DNA of 64,000 nt. It comes from Escherichia coli (GTDB lineage: Bacteria > Pseudomonadota > Gammaproteobacteria > Enterobacterales > Enterobacteriaceae). This document shows positions 36,036 through 53,423 of the stretch, piece by piece (positions within the stretch are counted from its first letter, which is position 1; each line of letters starts with the position of its first letter). The translations under genes were made by a program, and so were the position numbers. The stretch is taken from the NCBI RefSeq assembly GCF_016026235.1, contig NZ_CP065613.1; one strand, given 5' to 3'. A model generated the notes under the pieces. That model was not told where the DNA came from, did not search any database, and saw only the letters and a list, made by a program, of their open reading frames with translations.

Positions 36036-37919
36036 ATGATTAAAAAAGCTTCGCTGCTGACGGCGTGTTCTGTCACAGCCTTTTCCGCTTGGGCACAGGA
36101 TACCAGCCCGGATACTCTCGTCGTTACTGCTAACCGTTTTCAGCAGCCAGTAAATACTGTCCTTGCACCTACTGATATTGTTACCCGTGAGGATATTCAA
36201 CGCTGGCAGTCGAAAGACCTCAACGATGTTATGAGTCATCTCCCCGGTGTAAATATCTCTCAAACTGGTGGAATGGGGACGAGTTCTTCTCTGTATGTTC
36301 GTGGCACTGAATCGCGCCATGTTTTAGTGTTGATTGACGGTGTGCCGATGGCTCGTGCCGGTATCGACAATGCAATTGATATTAGCCAGTTCCCGGTATC
36401 ACTTGTACAGCGTGTTGAATATATTCGTGGGCCGCGTTCTGCCGTTTATGGTTCTGGTGCCATCGGAGGTGTGGTGAACATTATTACAATGAGTAATGAT
36501 GAGAAAGCTCAGATCAACGCAGGAATGGGTACAAATGGTTATCAAGCCTATGATGGGGTAATAAATAAACGTTTTGGCGATACGATGGTAACAGCAGCAG
36601 GTGCTTACCAGACGACCAAAGGTTTTAACATTCAGCCTGGCTCACCATACAGTGGTGATAGCGATCGCGATGGATATCGCAACAAACTTTTCTGGGGGGG
36701 GCTGCAGCATAAGTTTAACGATAACTTCTCGGGGTTCTTCCGTGGTTACAGCTACACAGCTAATAATGATTACGACCAGGGCTCGATGTATGGTTCTGCT
36801 ACTGGCAACGAAGAAGCTCAGAATTACAACCAGTCCTGGGATACTGGCCTACGCTATAACTCCGGCATCTATTCGTCTCAGTTAATTGCTAACTATCAAC
36901 GACTCAAGAATTATAACTACACAAATAATCTTGGTCGTTATGCGGGAGATGCCACCCTGGATGACATGGAACAGCGTTATATTCAGTGGGGTAATAGCAT
37001 TGAGGTAGGGCATGGTGCAATTAGCGGCGGGATCGATTGGAAACAGGAAAAACTGACGTCCAGCAGCATTACAAAATCAGATGATTACGAACGCGATACC
37101 ACCGGGTTATACCTGACTGGACAGCAACAGATTTCCAATGTGACTTTGGAAGCTTCTGGCCGAGAAGATCATGATGAACAGTTTGGCTGGCATGGTACCT
37201 GGCAGACAGCTGCTGGCTGGGAGTTTATTGATGGCTACCAGGCAACACTTTCTTACGGTACCAGTTTTCTTTCGCCTTCTCTTGGACAGCAATACGGGGC
37301 TGCTCGCTTTGCTTCAATTTATGGTCCTGGTATTGCAGCCAACCCAAATTTGAAGCCAGAAGAATCTAAACAGTGGGAGATTGGAATTGAGGGGGTAACT
37401 GGGACTCTGGATTGGCGGCTCTCAGGATATCGTTATGAAATTCAAAACCTGATTGATTATAAAAGCATAAATAATGTCAACCAGTACATTAATGTGAAAT
37501 CAGCCACGATTAAAGGGCTGGAATGGACGGGAAATATTACAACCGGTCCTGTTGAACATCGCTTGACGTTACAATATGTTGACCCGCGCGATGATGAAAC
37601 AGATAAAGTGCTGTACCGTCGGGCAAAACAGCAGGTTAAGTACGAGTTGACTGGACAAGCTTATGGTTTCGAATGGGACGTTTCTTACCAATATATAGGT
37701 CAACGATACGACAACGCTTATGACGAGACCTCTGGCTCATCACATACAGTTAAATTAGGCGGTGTGAGCTTGTGGGATCTTGCGGTTGCATATCCGGTCA
37801 CCTCTCACCTGACAGTTCGTGGTAAAATAGCCAACCTGTTCGACAAAGATTATGAGACAGTCTATGGCTACCAAACTGCAGGACGGGAATACACCTTGTC
37901 TGGCAGCTACACCTTCTGA
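36036..37919 (+). CDS. btuB: TonB-dependent outer membrane vitamin B12 receptor; divergent mosaic allele
   Basis: ORF 35991..37919, trimmed to the ATG giving MIKKASLLTA; signal peptide, TonB box DTLVVTANR and the last 53 aa match my recall of K-12 BtuB, but the central region is strongly divergent and the protein is 627 aa against 614 aa. Confidence 0.85.
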   Translation: MIKKASLLTACSVTAFSAWAQDTSPDTLVVTANRFQQPVNTVLAPTDIVTREDIQRWQSKDLNDVMSHLPGVNISQTGGMGTSSSLYVRGTESRHVLVLIDGVPMARAGIDNAIDISQFPVSLVQRVEYIRGPRSAVYGSGAIGGVVNIITMSNDEKAQINAGMGTNGYQAYDGVINKRFGDTMVTAAGAYQTTKGFNIQPGSPYSGDSDRDGYRNKLFWGGLQHKFNDNFSGFFRGYSYTANNDYDQGSMYGSATGNEEAQNYNQSWDTGLRYNSGIYSSQLIANYQRLKNYNYTNNLGRYAGDATLDDMEQRYIQWGNSIEVGHGAISGGIDWKQEKLTSSSITKSDDYERDTTGLYLTGQQQISNVTLEASGREDHDEQFGWHGTWQTAAGWEFIDGYQATLSYGTSFLSPSLGQQYGAARFASIYGPGIAANPNLKPEESKQWEIGIEGVTGTLDWRLSGYRYEIQNLIDYKSINNVNQYINVKSATIKGLEWTGNITTGPVEHRLTLQYVDPRDDETDKVLYRRAKQQVKYELTGQAYGFEWDVSYQYIGQRYDNAYDETSGSSHTVKLGGVSLWDLAVAYPVTSHLTVRGKIANLFDKDYETVYGYQTAGREYTLSGSYTF

Positions 37920-38721
37920 ACCACGTCCCACCGTGCTGGTGTTTGACTCCGGCGTCGGTGGGTTGTCGGTCTATGACGAGATCCGGCATCTCTTACCGGA
38001 TCTCCATTACATTTATGCTTTCGATAACGTCGCTTTCCCGTATGGCGAAAAAAGCGAAGCGTTTATTGTTGAGCGAGTGGTGGCAATTGTCACCGCGGTG
38101 CAAGAACGTTATCCCCTTGCGCTGGCTGTGGTCGCTTGCAACACTGCCAGTACCGTTTCACTTCCTGCATTACGCGAAAAGTTCGACTTCCCGGTTGTTG
38201 GTGTCGTGCCGGCGATTAAACCTGCTGCACGTCTGACGGCAAATGGCATTGTCGGATTACTGGCAACCCGCGGAACAGTTAAACGTTCTTATACTCATGA
38301 GCTGATCGCGCGTTTCGCTAATGAATGCCAGATAGAAATGCTGGGCTCGGCAGAGATGGTTGAGTTGGCTGAAGCGAAGCTGCATGGCGAAGATGTTTCT
38401 CTGGATGCACTAAAACGTATCCTACGCCCGTGGTTAAGAATGAAAGAGCCGCCAGATACCGTTGTATTGGGTTGCACCCATTTCCCTCTACTACAAGAAG
38501 AACTGTTACAAGTGCTGCCAGAGGGAACCCGGCTGGTGGATTCTGGCGCAGCGATTGCTCGCCGAACGGCCTGGTTGTTAGAACATGAAGCCCCGGATGC
38601 AAAATCTGCCGATGCGAATATTGCCTTTTGTATGGCAATGACGCCAGAAGCTGAACAATTATTGCCCGTCTTACAGCGTTACGGCTTCGAAACGCTCGAA
38701 AAACTGGCAGTTTTAGGCTGA
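37864..38721 (+). CDS. murI: Glutamate racemase
   Basis: ORF 37852..38721, trimmed to the ATG giving MATKLQDGNT and the 285 aa K-12 length; overlaps the btuB 3' end. Confidence 0.92.
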   Translation: MATKLQDGNTPCLAATPSEPRPTVLVFDSGVGGLSVYDEIRHLLPDLHYIYAFDNVAFPYGEKSEAFIVERVVAIVTAVQERYPLALAVVACNTASTVSLPALREKFDFPVVGVVPAIKPAARLTANGIVGLLATRGTVKRSYTHELIARFANECQIEMLGSAEMVELAEAKLHGEDVSLDALKRILRPWLRMKEPPDTVVLGCTHFPLLQEELLQVLPEGTRLVDSGAAIARRTAWLLEHEAPDAKSADANIAFCMAMTPEAEQLLPVLQRYGFETLEKLAVLG

Positions 38722-38739
38722 TTTGGTTGAATGTTGCGC

Positions 38740-38915
38740 GGTCGGAAAATTATTTTAAATTTCCTCTTGTCAGGCCGGAATAACTCCCTATAATGCGCCA
38801 CCACTGACACGGAACAACGGCAAACACGCCGCCGGGTCAGCGGGGTTCTCCTGAGAATTCCGGCAGAGAAAGCAAAAATAAATGCTTGACTCTGTAGCGG
38901 GAAAGCGTATTATGC
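38740..38915 (+). promoter_or_regulatory. rrnB P1 and P2 promoters with upstream A/T-rich UP element
   Basis: P1 -35 ttgtca (38767..38772) and -10 tataat (38789..38794); P2 -35 ttgact (38886..38891) and -10 tattat (38908..38913); A/T tract aaaattattttaaatttcct upstream of P1. Confidence 0.75.
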
Positions 38916-39094
38916 ACACCCCGCGCCGCTGAGAAAAAGCGAAGCGGCACTGCTCTTTAACAATTTATCAGACAATCTGTGTGGGCACTCGAAGATACGG
39001 ATTCTTAACGTCGCAAGACGAAAAATGAATACCAAGTCTCAAGAGTGAACACGTAATTCATTACGAAGTTTAATTCTTTGAGCATCAAACTTTT

Positions 39095-40635
<1,541 letters not shown>

Positions 40636-40720
40636 CCTTAAAGAAGCGTACTTTGCAGTGCTCACACAGATTGTCTGATAGAAAGTGAAAAGCAAGGCGT
40701 CTTGCGAAGCAGACTGATAC

Positions 40721-40796
40721 GTCCCCTTCGTCTAGAGGCCCAGGACACCGCCCTTTCACGGCGGTAACAGGGGTTCGAATCCCCTAGGGGACGCCA
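40721..40796 (+). tRNA. gltT: tRNA-Glu (anticodon UUC) in the 16S-23S spacer
   Basis: gtccccttcgtctagaggcccaggacaccgccctttcacggcggtaacaggggttcgaatcccctaggggacgcca; cloverleaf with TTC anticodon and CCA end. Confidence 0.95.
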
Positions 40797-40989
40797 CTTG
40801 CTGGTTTGTGAGTGAAAGTCACCTGCCTTGATATCTCAAAACTCATCTTCGGGTGATGTTTGAGATATTTGCTCTTTAAAAATCTGGATCAAGCTGAAAA
40901 TTGAAACACTGAACAACGAGAGTTGTTCGTGAGTCTCTCAAATTTTCGCAACACGATGATGAATCGCAAGAAACATCTTCGGGTTGTGA

Positions 40990-43889
<2,900 letters not shown>

Positions 43890-43981
43890 ACAACGCCGAA
43901 GATGTTTTGGCGGATGAGAGAAGATTTTCAGCCTGATACAGATTAAATCAGAACGCAGAAGCGGTCTGATAAAACAGAATT

Positions 43982-44101
43982 TGCCTGGCGGCCTTAGCGC
44001 GGTGGTCCCACCTGACCCCATGCCGAACTCAGAAGTGAAACGCCGTAGCGCCGATGGTAGTGTGGGGTCTCCCCATGCGAGAGTAGGGAACTGCCAGGCA
44101 T
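43982..44101 (+). rRNA. rrfB: 5S ribosomal RNA
   Basis: tgcctggcggccttagcgcggtggtcccacctgacccc...gggaactgccaggcat, 120 nt. Confidence 0.95.
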
Positions 44102-44115
44102 CAAATTAAGCAGAA

Positions 44116-44145
44116 GGCCCGGTCGGAAGACTGGGCCTTTTTGCG
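44116..44145 (+). terminator. rrnB terminator (single hairpin)
   Basis: ggcccggtc-ggaa-gactgggcc hairpin (9 bp stem with one G-U pair, GNRA-type loop) followed by tttttgcgttt. Confidence 0.7.
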
Positions 44146-44235
44146 TTTCTACAAACTTTCCCTGTCGTCATAACTACAAGCCATCCCCCCACAGATACGG
44201 TAAACTAGCCTCGTTTTTGCATCAGGAAAGCAGCT

Positions 44236-45264
44236 ATGAACCACTCCTTAAAACCCTGGAACACATTTGGCATTGATCATAATGCTCAGCACATTGTATG
44301 TGCCGAAGACGAACAACAACTACTCAATGCCTGGCAGCATGCAACCGCAGAAGGGCAACCCGTTCTTATTCTGGGTGAAGGAAGTAATGTACTTTTTCTG
44401 GAAGACTATCGCGGCACGGTGATCATCAACCGGATCAAAGGTATCGAAATTCATGATGAACCTGATGCGTGGTATTTACATGTAGGAGCCGGAGAAAACT
44501 GGCATCGCCTGGTAAAATACACTTTGCAGGAAGGTATGCCTGGTCTGGAAAATCTGGCATTAATTCCTGGTTGTGTCGGCTCATCACCTATCCAGAATAT
44601 TGGTGCTTATGGCGTAGAATTACAGCGAGTTTGCGCTTATGTTGATTGTGTTGAACTGGCGACAGGCAAGCAAGTGCGCTTAACTGCCAAAGAGTGCCGT
44701 TTTGGCTATCGCGACAGTATTTTTAAACATGAATACCAGGACCGCTTCGCCATTGTAGCCGTAGGTCTGCGTCTGCCAAAAGAGTGGCAACCTGTACTAA
44801 CGTACGGTGACTTAACTCGTCTGGATCCTACAACAGTAACGCCACAGCAAGTATTTGATGCGGTGTGTCATATGCGCACCACCAAACTCCCTGATCCAAA
44901 AGTGAATGGCAATGCCGGTAGTTTCTTCAAAAACCCTGTTGTATCTGCCGAAACGGCTAAAGCATTACTGTCACAATTTCCAACAGCACCAAATTACCCC
45001 CAGGCGGATGGTTCAGTAAAACTGGCAGCAGGTTGGCTTATCGATCAGTGCCAGCTAAAAGGGATGCAAATGGGTGGGGCTGCGGTGCACCGTCAACAGG
45101 CGTTAGTTCTCATTAATGAAGACAATGCAAAAAGCGAAGATGTGGTGCAACTGGCACACCATGTAAGACAAAAAGTGGGTGAAAAATTTAATGTCTGGCT
45201 TGAGCCTGAAGTCCGCTTTATTGGTGCATCAGGTGAAGTGAGCGCAGTGGAGACAATTTCATGA
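44236..45264 (+). CDS. murB: UDP-N-acetylenolpyruvoylglucosamine reductase
   Basis: 342 aa ORF, same length as K-12 MurB. Confidence 0.95.
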   Translation: MNHSLKPWNTFGIDHNAQHIVCAEDEQQLLNAWQHATAEGQPVLILGEGSNVLFLEDYRGTVIINRIKGIEIHDEPDAWYLHVGAGENWHRLVKYTLQEGMPGLENLALIPGCVGSSPIQNIGAYGVELQRVCAYVDCVELATGKQVRLTAKECRFGYRDSIFKHEYQDRFAIVAVGLRLPKEWQPVLTYGDLTRLDPTTVTPQQVFDAVCHMRTTKLPDPKVNGNAGSFFKNPVVSAETAKALLSQFPTAPNYPQADGSVKLAAGWLIDQCQLKGMQMGGAAVHRQQALVLINEDNAKSEDVVQLAHHVRQKVGEKFNVWLEPEVRFIGASGEVSAVETIS

Positions 45265-46226
45265 AGGATAACACCGTGCCACTGAAATTGATTGCCCTGT
45301 TAGCGAACGGTGAATTTCACTCTGGCGAGCAGTTGGGTGAAACGCTGGGAATGAGCCGGGCGGCTATTAATAAACACATTCAGACACTGCGTGACTGGGG
45401 CGTTGATGTCTTTACCGTTCCGGGTAAAGGATACAGCCTGCCTGAGCCTATCCAGTTACTTAATGCTGAACAGATATTGGGTCAGCTGGATGGCGGTAGT
45501 GTAACTGTGCTGCCAGTGATTGACTCCACGAATCAGTACCTTCTTGATCGTATCGGAGAGCTTAAATCGGGCGATGCCTGCGTTGCAGAATACCAGCAGG
45601 CTGGCCGTGGTCGCCGGGGTCGGAAATGGTTTTCGCCTTTTGGCGCAAACTTATATTTGTCGATGTTCTGGCGTCTGGAACAAGGCCCGGCGGCGGCGAT
45701 TGGTTTAAGTCTGGTTATCGGTATCGTGATGGCGGAAGTATTACGCAAGCTGGGAGCAGATAAAGTTCGTGTCAAATGGCCTAATGACCTCTATCTGCAG
45801 GATCGCAAGCTGGCAGGCATTCTTGTGGAGCTGACTGGCAAAACCGGCGATGCGGCGCAAATAGTCATTGGAGCCGGGATCAACATGGCAATGCGTCGTG
45901 TTGAAGAGAGTGTCGTTAATCAGGGGTGGATCACGCTGCAGGAAGCGGGGATCAATCTCGATCGTAATACGTTGGCGGCCATGCTAATACGTGAATTACG
46001 CGCGGCGCTGGAACTCTTCGAACAAGAAGGATTGGCACCTTATCTTTCGCGCTGGGAAAAGCTGGATAATTTTATTAATCGCCCAGTGAAACTTATCATT
46101 GGTGATAAAGAAATATTTGGCATTTCACGCGGAATAGACAAACAAGGCGCTTTATTGCTTGAGCAGGACGGAATAATAAAACCCTGGATGGGCGGTGAAA
46201 TATCCCTGCGTAGTGCAGAAAAATAA
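45261..46226 (+). CDS. birA: Biotin-protein ligase / bio operon repressor
   Basis: 321 aa ORF; ATGA overlap with the murB stop. Confidence 0.95.
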   Translation: MKDNTVPLKLIALLANGEFHSGEQLGETLGMSRAAINKHIQTLRDWGVDVFTVPGKGYSLPEPIQLLNAEQILGQLDGGSVTVLPVIDSTNQYLLDRIGELKSGDACVAEYQQAGRGRRGRKWFSPFGANLYLSMFWRLEQGPAAAIGLSLVIGIVMAEVLRKLGADKVRVKWPNDLYLQDRKLAGILVELTGKTGDAAQIVIGAGINMAMRRVEESVVNQGWITLQEAGINLDRNTLAAMLIRELRAALELFEQEGLAPYLSRWEKLDNFINRPVKLIIGDKEIFGISRGIDKQGALLLEQDGIIKPWMGGEISLRSAEK

Positions 46227-46254
46227 GAAAGGGGAGCATTAGCTCCCCTGAAAA

Positions 46255-47205
46255 TTATTTGCGTAGTCTGACCTCTTCTACCGCATGATTAGCACTTTTC
46301 GTCAGGATTAAACTGGCGCGCTCGCGAGTAGGTAGAATATTTTGCTTTAAGTTCAGCCAGTTGATCTCTTTCCACAATGTCATGGCAGTCTTAATAGCTT
46401 CTTCTTTAGTTAATTTCGCGTAGTTATGAAAATAGGAATCCGGGTCTGTAAAAGCCCCTTCTCGGAATTTCAGAAAACGGTTGATATACCACGTCTGAAG
46501 TAAGTCTTCCGGTGCATCAACATATATCGAAAAATCGACAAAATCAGAAACAAATACATGATGTGGATCGTGTGGATAATCCATCCCGCTCTGTAAGACA
46601 TTTAATCCTTCAAGAATTAAAATATCAGGCTGAACAACAGTTTTATCTCCATCCGGGATCACATCATAAATAAGATGCGAGTAAACAGGGGCTGTAACGT
46701 TTGGCACGCCGGACTTGAGATCGGAAACAAACTTGACCAGGCGATGCATATCATACGATTCCGGGAAGCCTTTCTTCTTCATCAGACCACGTTCTTTCAG
46801 AACCTGATTAGGGTGAAGGAAGCCATCTGTAGTGATCAGTTCAACACGACGATGTTCCGGCCAACGGCTTAATAGCGCCTGCAATACACGGGCGGTTGTA
46901 CTTTTCCCCACCGCGACACTACCAGCAATACTGATAATGTAAGGAATGCGTTGCCCGTTGGTACCAAGAAACTGTTCCAGAACTGCCTGACGGCGCAGAT
47001 TCGAGCTTATATAGAAGTTCAGCAAACGTGACAGAGGTAAATAGATCTCGGCAACTTCTTCTAACGAGAGATCTTCATTAATACCTTTGAGACGGGCGAT
47101 CTCATCTTCCGATAACGTCATAGGTACGGAATCACGCAGAGCTGCCCACTGGTTGCGGTCAAACTGTAGGTAAGGCGTCATTAACGTTTGCTCTTTTATA
47201 CTCAT
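46255..47205 (-). CDS. coaA: Pantothenate kinase
   Basis: ORF 46255..47361, trimmed to the ATG giving [11 protein letters not shown] and the 316 aa K-12 length; P-loop GSVAVGKST. Confidence 0.9.
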
Positions 47206-47566
47206 AAGCATGTTTCTGGCGGTCATAGCTCTATCGGCAAAGCGATATTTGCCATGGCGCGTCACAGTTCTGTTGAATGGGTTAATGGGCAGGAGGGTAA
47301 CACCAGATGGGGAGGAATAATAAGAAAAAATCTCTCCCAGGAAGCTATCGTTGAAAAGCAATGTGACAGATATTCCATCTGATAAAAAGAATTATGGTTT
47401 AGCAGGAGCGCATTGTTGAGCACAATGATGTTGAAAAAGTGTGCTAATCTGCCCTCCATTCGGCTGTTTCTTCATCGTGTCGCATAAAATGTGACCAATA
47501 AAACAAATTATGCAATTTTTTAGTTGCATGAACTCGCATGTCTCCATAGAATGCGCGCTACTTGAT

Positions 47567-47642
<76 letters not shown>

Positions 47643-47650
47643 TCAAGTCC

Positions 47651-47735
<85 letters not shown>

Positions 47736-47851
47736 ATTTCGGCCACGCGATGGCGTAGCCCGAGACGATAAGTTCGCTTACCGGCTCGAATAAAGAGAGC
47801 TTCTCTCGATATTCAGTGCAGAATGAAAATCAGGTAGCCGAGTTCCAGGAT

Positions 47852-47926
<75 letters not shown>

Positions 47927-47932
47927 AGATGT

Positions 47933-48008
47933 GCTGATATAGCTCAGTTGGTAGAGCGCACCCTTGGTAAGGGTGAGGTCGGCAGTTCGAATCTGCCTAT
48001 CAGCACCA
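47933..48008 (+). tRNA. thrT: tRNA-Thr (anticodon GGU)
   Basis: gctgatatagctcagttggtagagcgcacccttggtaagggtgaggtcggcagttcgaatctgcctatcagcacca. Confidence 0.95.
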
Positions 48009-48086
48009 CTTCTTTTCTCCTCCCTGTTTTTTCCTTCTGTTTATTGCATTCAACAAGTCGGGCATGTTGCCTGGTTGATGTGGTGA

Positions 48087-49307
<1,221 letters not shown>

Positions 49308-49337
49308 TTGCCGATAACATTTGACGCAATGCGCACT

Positions 49338-49365
49338 AAAAGGGCATCATTTGATGCCCTTTTTG
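49338..49365 (+). terminator. Rho-independent terminator after tufB
   Basis: agggcatca-tt-tgatgccct hairpin followed by ttttt. Confidence 0.6.
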
Positions 49366-49536
49366 CACGCTTTCGTACCAGAACCTGGCTCATCAGTGAT
49401 TTTCTTTGTCATAATCATTGCTGAGACAGGCTCTGTTGAGGGCGTATAATCCGAAAAGCTAATACGCGTTTCGATTTGGTTTGCCTCGCGATCGCGGGGT
49501 GAAAATGTTTGTAGAAAACTTCTGACAGGTTGGTTT

Positions 49537-49920
49537 ATGAGTGCGAATACCGAAGCTCAAGGAAGCGGGCGCGGCCTGGAAGCGATGAAGTGGGTCGTTG
49601 TGGTGGCATTGCTCCTGGTGGCGATTGTCGGCAACTACCTTTATCGCGACATTATGCTGCCGCTGCGTGCGCTGGCCGTAGTAATTCTGATTGCTGCAGC
49701 GGGTGGTGTCGCGCTGTTAACGACAAAAGGTAAAGCTACCGTTGCTTTTGCCCGTGAAGCGCGTACCGAAGTCCGTAAGGTCATTTGGCCGACTCGCCAG
49801 GAAACATTGCACACCACGCTGATTGTGGCTGCGGTTACCGCAGTAATGTCACTGATCCTGTGGGGACTGGATGGTATTCTGGTTCGCCTGGTATCCTTTA
49901 TCACTGGCCTGAGGTTCTGA
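49537..49920 (+). CDS. secE: Preprotein translocase subunit SecE
   Basis: 127 aa ORF with three hydrophobic segments. Confidence 0.95.
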
Positions 49921-49921
49921 G

Positions 49922-50467
49922 ATGTCTGAAGCTCCTAAAAAGCGCTGGTACGTCGTTCAGGCGTTTTCCGGTTTTGAAGGCCGCGTAGCAACGTCGCTGC
50001 GTGAGCATATCAAATTACACAACATGGAAGATTTGTTTGGTGAAGTCATGGTACCAACCGAAGAAGTGGTTGAAATCCGTGGCGGTCAGCGTCGCAAAAG
50101 CGAACGTAAATTCTTCCCTGGCTACGTCCTCGTTCAGATGGTGATGAACGACGCGAGCTGGCACCTGGTGCGCAGCGTACCGCGTGTGATGGGCTTCATC
50201 GGCGGTACTTCCGATCGTCCTGCGCCAATCAGCGATAAAGAAGTCGATGCGATTATGAACCGCCTGCAGCAGGTTGGTGATAAGCCGCGTCCGAAAACGC
50301 TGTTTGAACCGGGTGAAATGGTCCGTGTTAATGATGGTCCGTTCGCTGACTTCAACGGTGTTGTTGAAGAAGTGGATTACGAGAAATCTCGTCTGAAAGT
50401 GTCTGTTTCTATCTTCGGTCGTGCGACCCCGGTAGAGCTGGACTTCAGCCAGGTTGAAAAAGCCTAA
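49922..50467 (+). CDS. nusG: Transcription termination/antitermination factor NusG
   Basis: 181 aa ORF starting 1 nt after the secE stop. Confidence 0.96.
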
Positions 50468-50562
50468 CCCAGCGATCAAAAAAGCGGCGATTTAATCGTT
50501 GCACAAGGCGCGAGATTGGAATACAATTTCGCGCCTTTTGTTTTTATGGGTCTTGCCCGTAA

Positions 50563-51762
<1,200 letters not shown>

Positions 51763-52174
51763 TGCCTTTACGTGGGCGGTGATTTTGTCTACAATCTTAC
51801 CCCCACGTATAATGCTTAATGCAGACGTATATCCGAGATATTCGGGTTGTGGCAAGGCGGCAACTGAGTGAGTCGCCAGGAGCATAGCTAACTATGTGAC
51901 TGGTGCGAACGAAGGAAGCCAACGCCGCCACAAGCTGAATAGCGACGGATAGAAAAGATTTGTTCGTTGGAGCCTGGCCTATCCAGGCCTCCGTCGAAGA
52001 CCGCAGGAGTTTCGCAAGAAACTTAATCCCCTGCGTAGACGGTGACAGAACGCTAAGATTATTCTTTTATATTCTGGCTTGTTTCTGCTCACCGTAATTA
52101 AGACGCTCTCTCCGTTTGGAGGAGTGAAGTGAGTTCCAGAGATTTTCTCTGGCAAACATCCAGGAGCAAAGCTA
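51763..52174 (+). promoter_or_regulatory. rplJL leader region (site of L10-L12 autogenous translational control)
   Basis: About 410-nt structured untranslated leader between rplA and rplJ; assignment rests on the known organisation of this operon. Confidence 0.55.
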
Positions 52175-52672
52175 ATGGCTTTAAATCTTCAAGACAAACA
52201 AGCGATTGTTGCTGAAGTCAGCGAAGTAGCCAAAGGCGCGCTGTCTGCAGTAGTTGCGGATTCCCGTGGCGTAACTGTAGATAAAATGACTGAACTGCGT
52301 AAAGCAGGTCGCGAAGCTGGCGTATACATGCGTGTTGTTCGTAACACCCTGCTGCGCCGTGCTGTTGAAGGTACTCCGTTCGAGTGCCTGAAAGACGCGT
52401 TTGTTGGTCCGACCCTGATTGCATACTCTATGGAACACCCGGGCGCTGCTGCTCGTCTGTTCAAAGAGTTCGCGAAAGCGAATGCAAAATTTGAGGTCAA
52501 AGCCGCTGCCTTTGAAGGTGAGCTGATCCCGGCGTCTCAGATCGACCGCCTGGCAACTCTGCCGACCTACGAAGAAGCAATTGCACGCCTGATGGCAACC
52601 ATGAAAGAAGCTTCGGCTGGCAAACTGGTTCGTACTCTGGCTGCTGTACGCGATGCGAAAGAAGCTGCTTAA
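52175..52672 (+). CDS. rplJ: 50S ribosomal protein L10
   Basis: 165 aa ORF. Confidence 0.97.
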
Positions 52673-52738
52673 TCGCAGTTATCTTTTTAACGCATTCGCT
52701 TACGTATAAACTTATTCTGATATTCAGGAACAATTTAA

Positions 52739-53104
<366 letters not shown>

Positions 53105-53143
53105 GCCAACCCTTCCGGTTGCAGCCTGAGAAATCAGGCTGAT

Positions 53144-53176
53144 GGCTGGTGACTTTTTAGTCACCAGCCTTTTTGC
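53144..53176 (+). terminator. rplL-rpoB intergenic attenuator (partial terminator)
   Basis: ggctggtgac-ttttta-gtcaccagcc hairpin followed by tttttg, about 250 nt upstream of rpoB. Confidence 0.65.
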
Positions 53177-53423
53177 GCTGTAAGGCGCCAGTAGCGTTTC
53201 ACACTGTTTGACTACTGCTGTGCCTTTCAATGCTTGTTTCTATCGACGACTTAATATACTGCGACAGGACGTCCGTTCTGTGTAAATCGCAATGAAATGG
53301 TTTAAGCGTGATAGCAACAGGCATTGCGGAAAGTGTTCCATTTTCCGGTCAACAAAATAGTGTTGCACAAACTGTCCGCTCAATGGACAGATGGGTCGAC
53401 TTGTCAGCGAGCTGAGGAACCCT

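Noticed and set aside
35742-36320. 192-aa minus-strand ORF spanning the btuB leader and 5' end
   Set aside because: Overlaps the B12 riboswitch and the btuB start; the riboswitch identity explains the sequence and the ORF has no start context
47736-47851. 116-bp spacer between tyrU and glyT as a possible extra small gene
   Set aside because: No tRNA-like cloverleaf and no ORF with an RBS; consistent with a processed spacer inside the thrU-tyrU-glyT-thrT-tufB transcript
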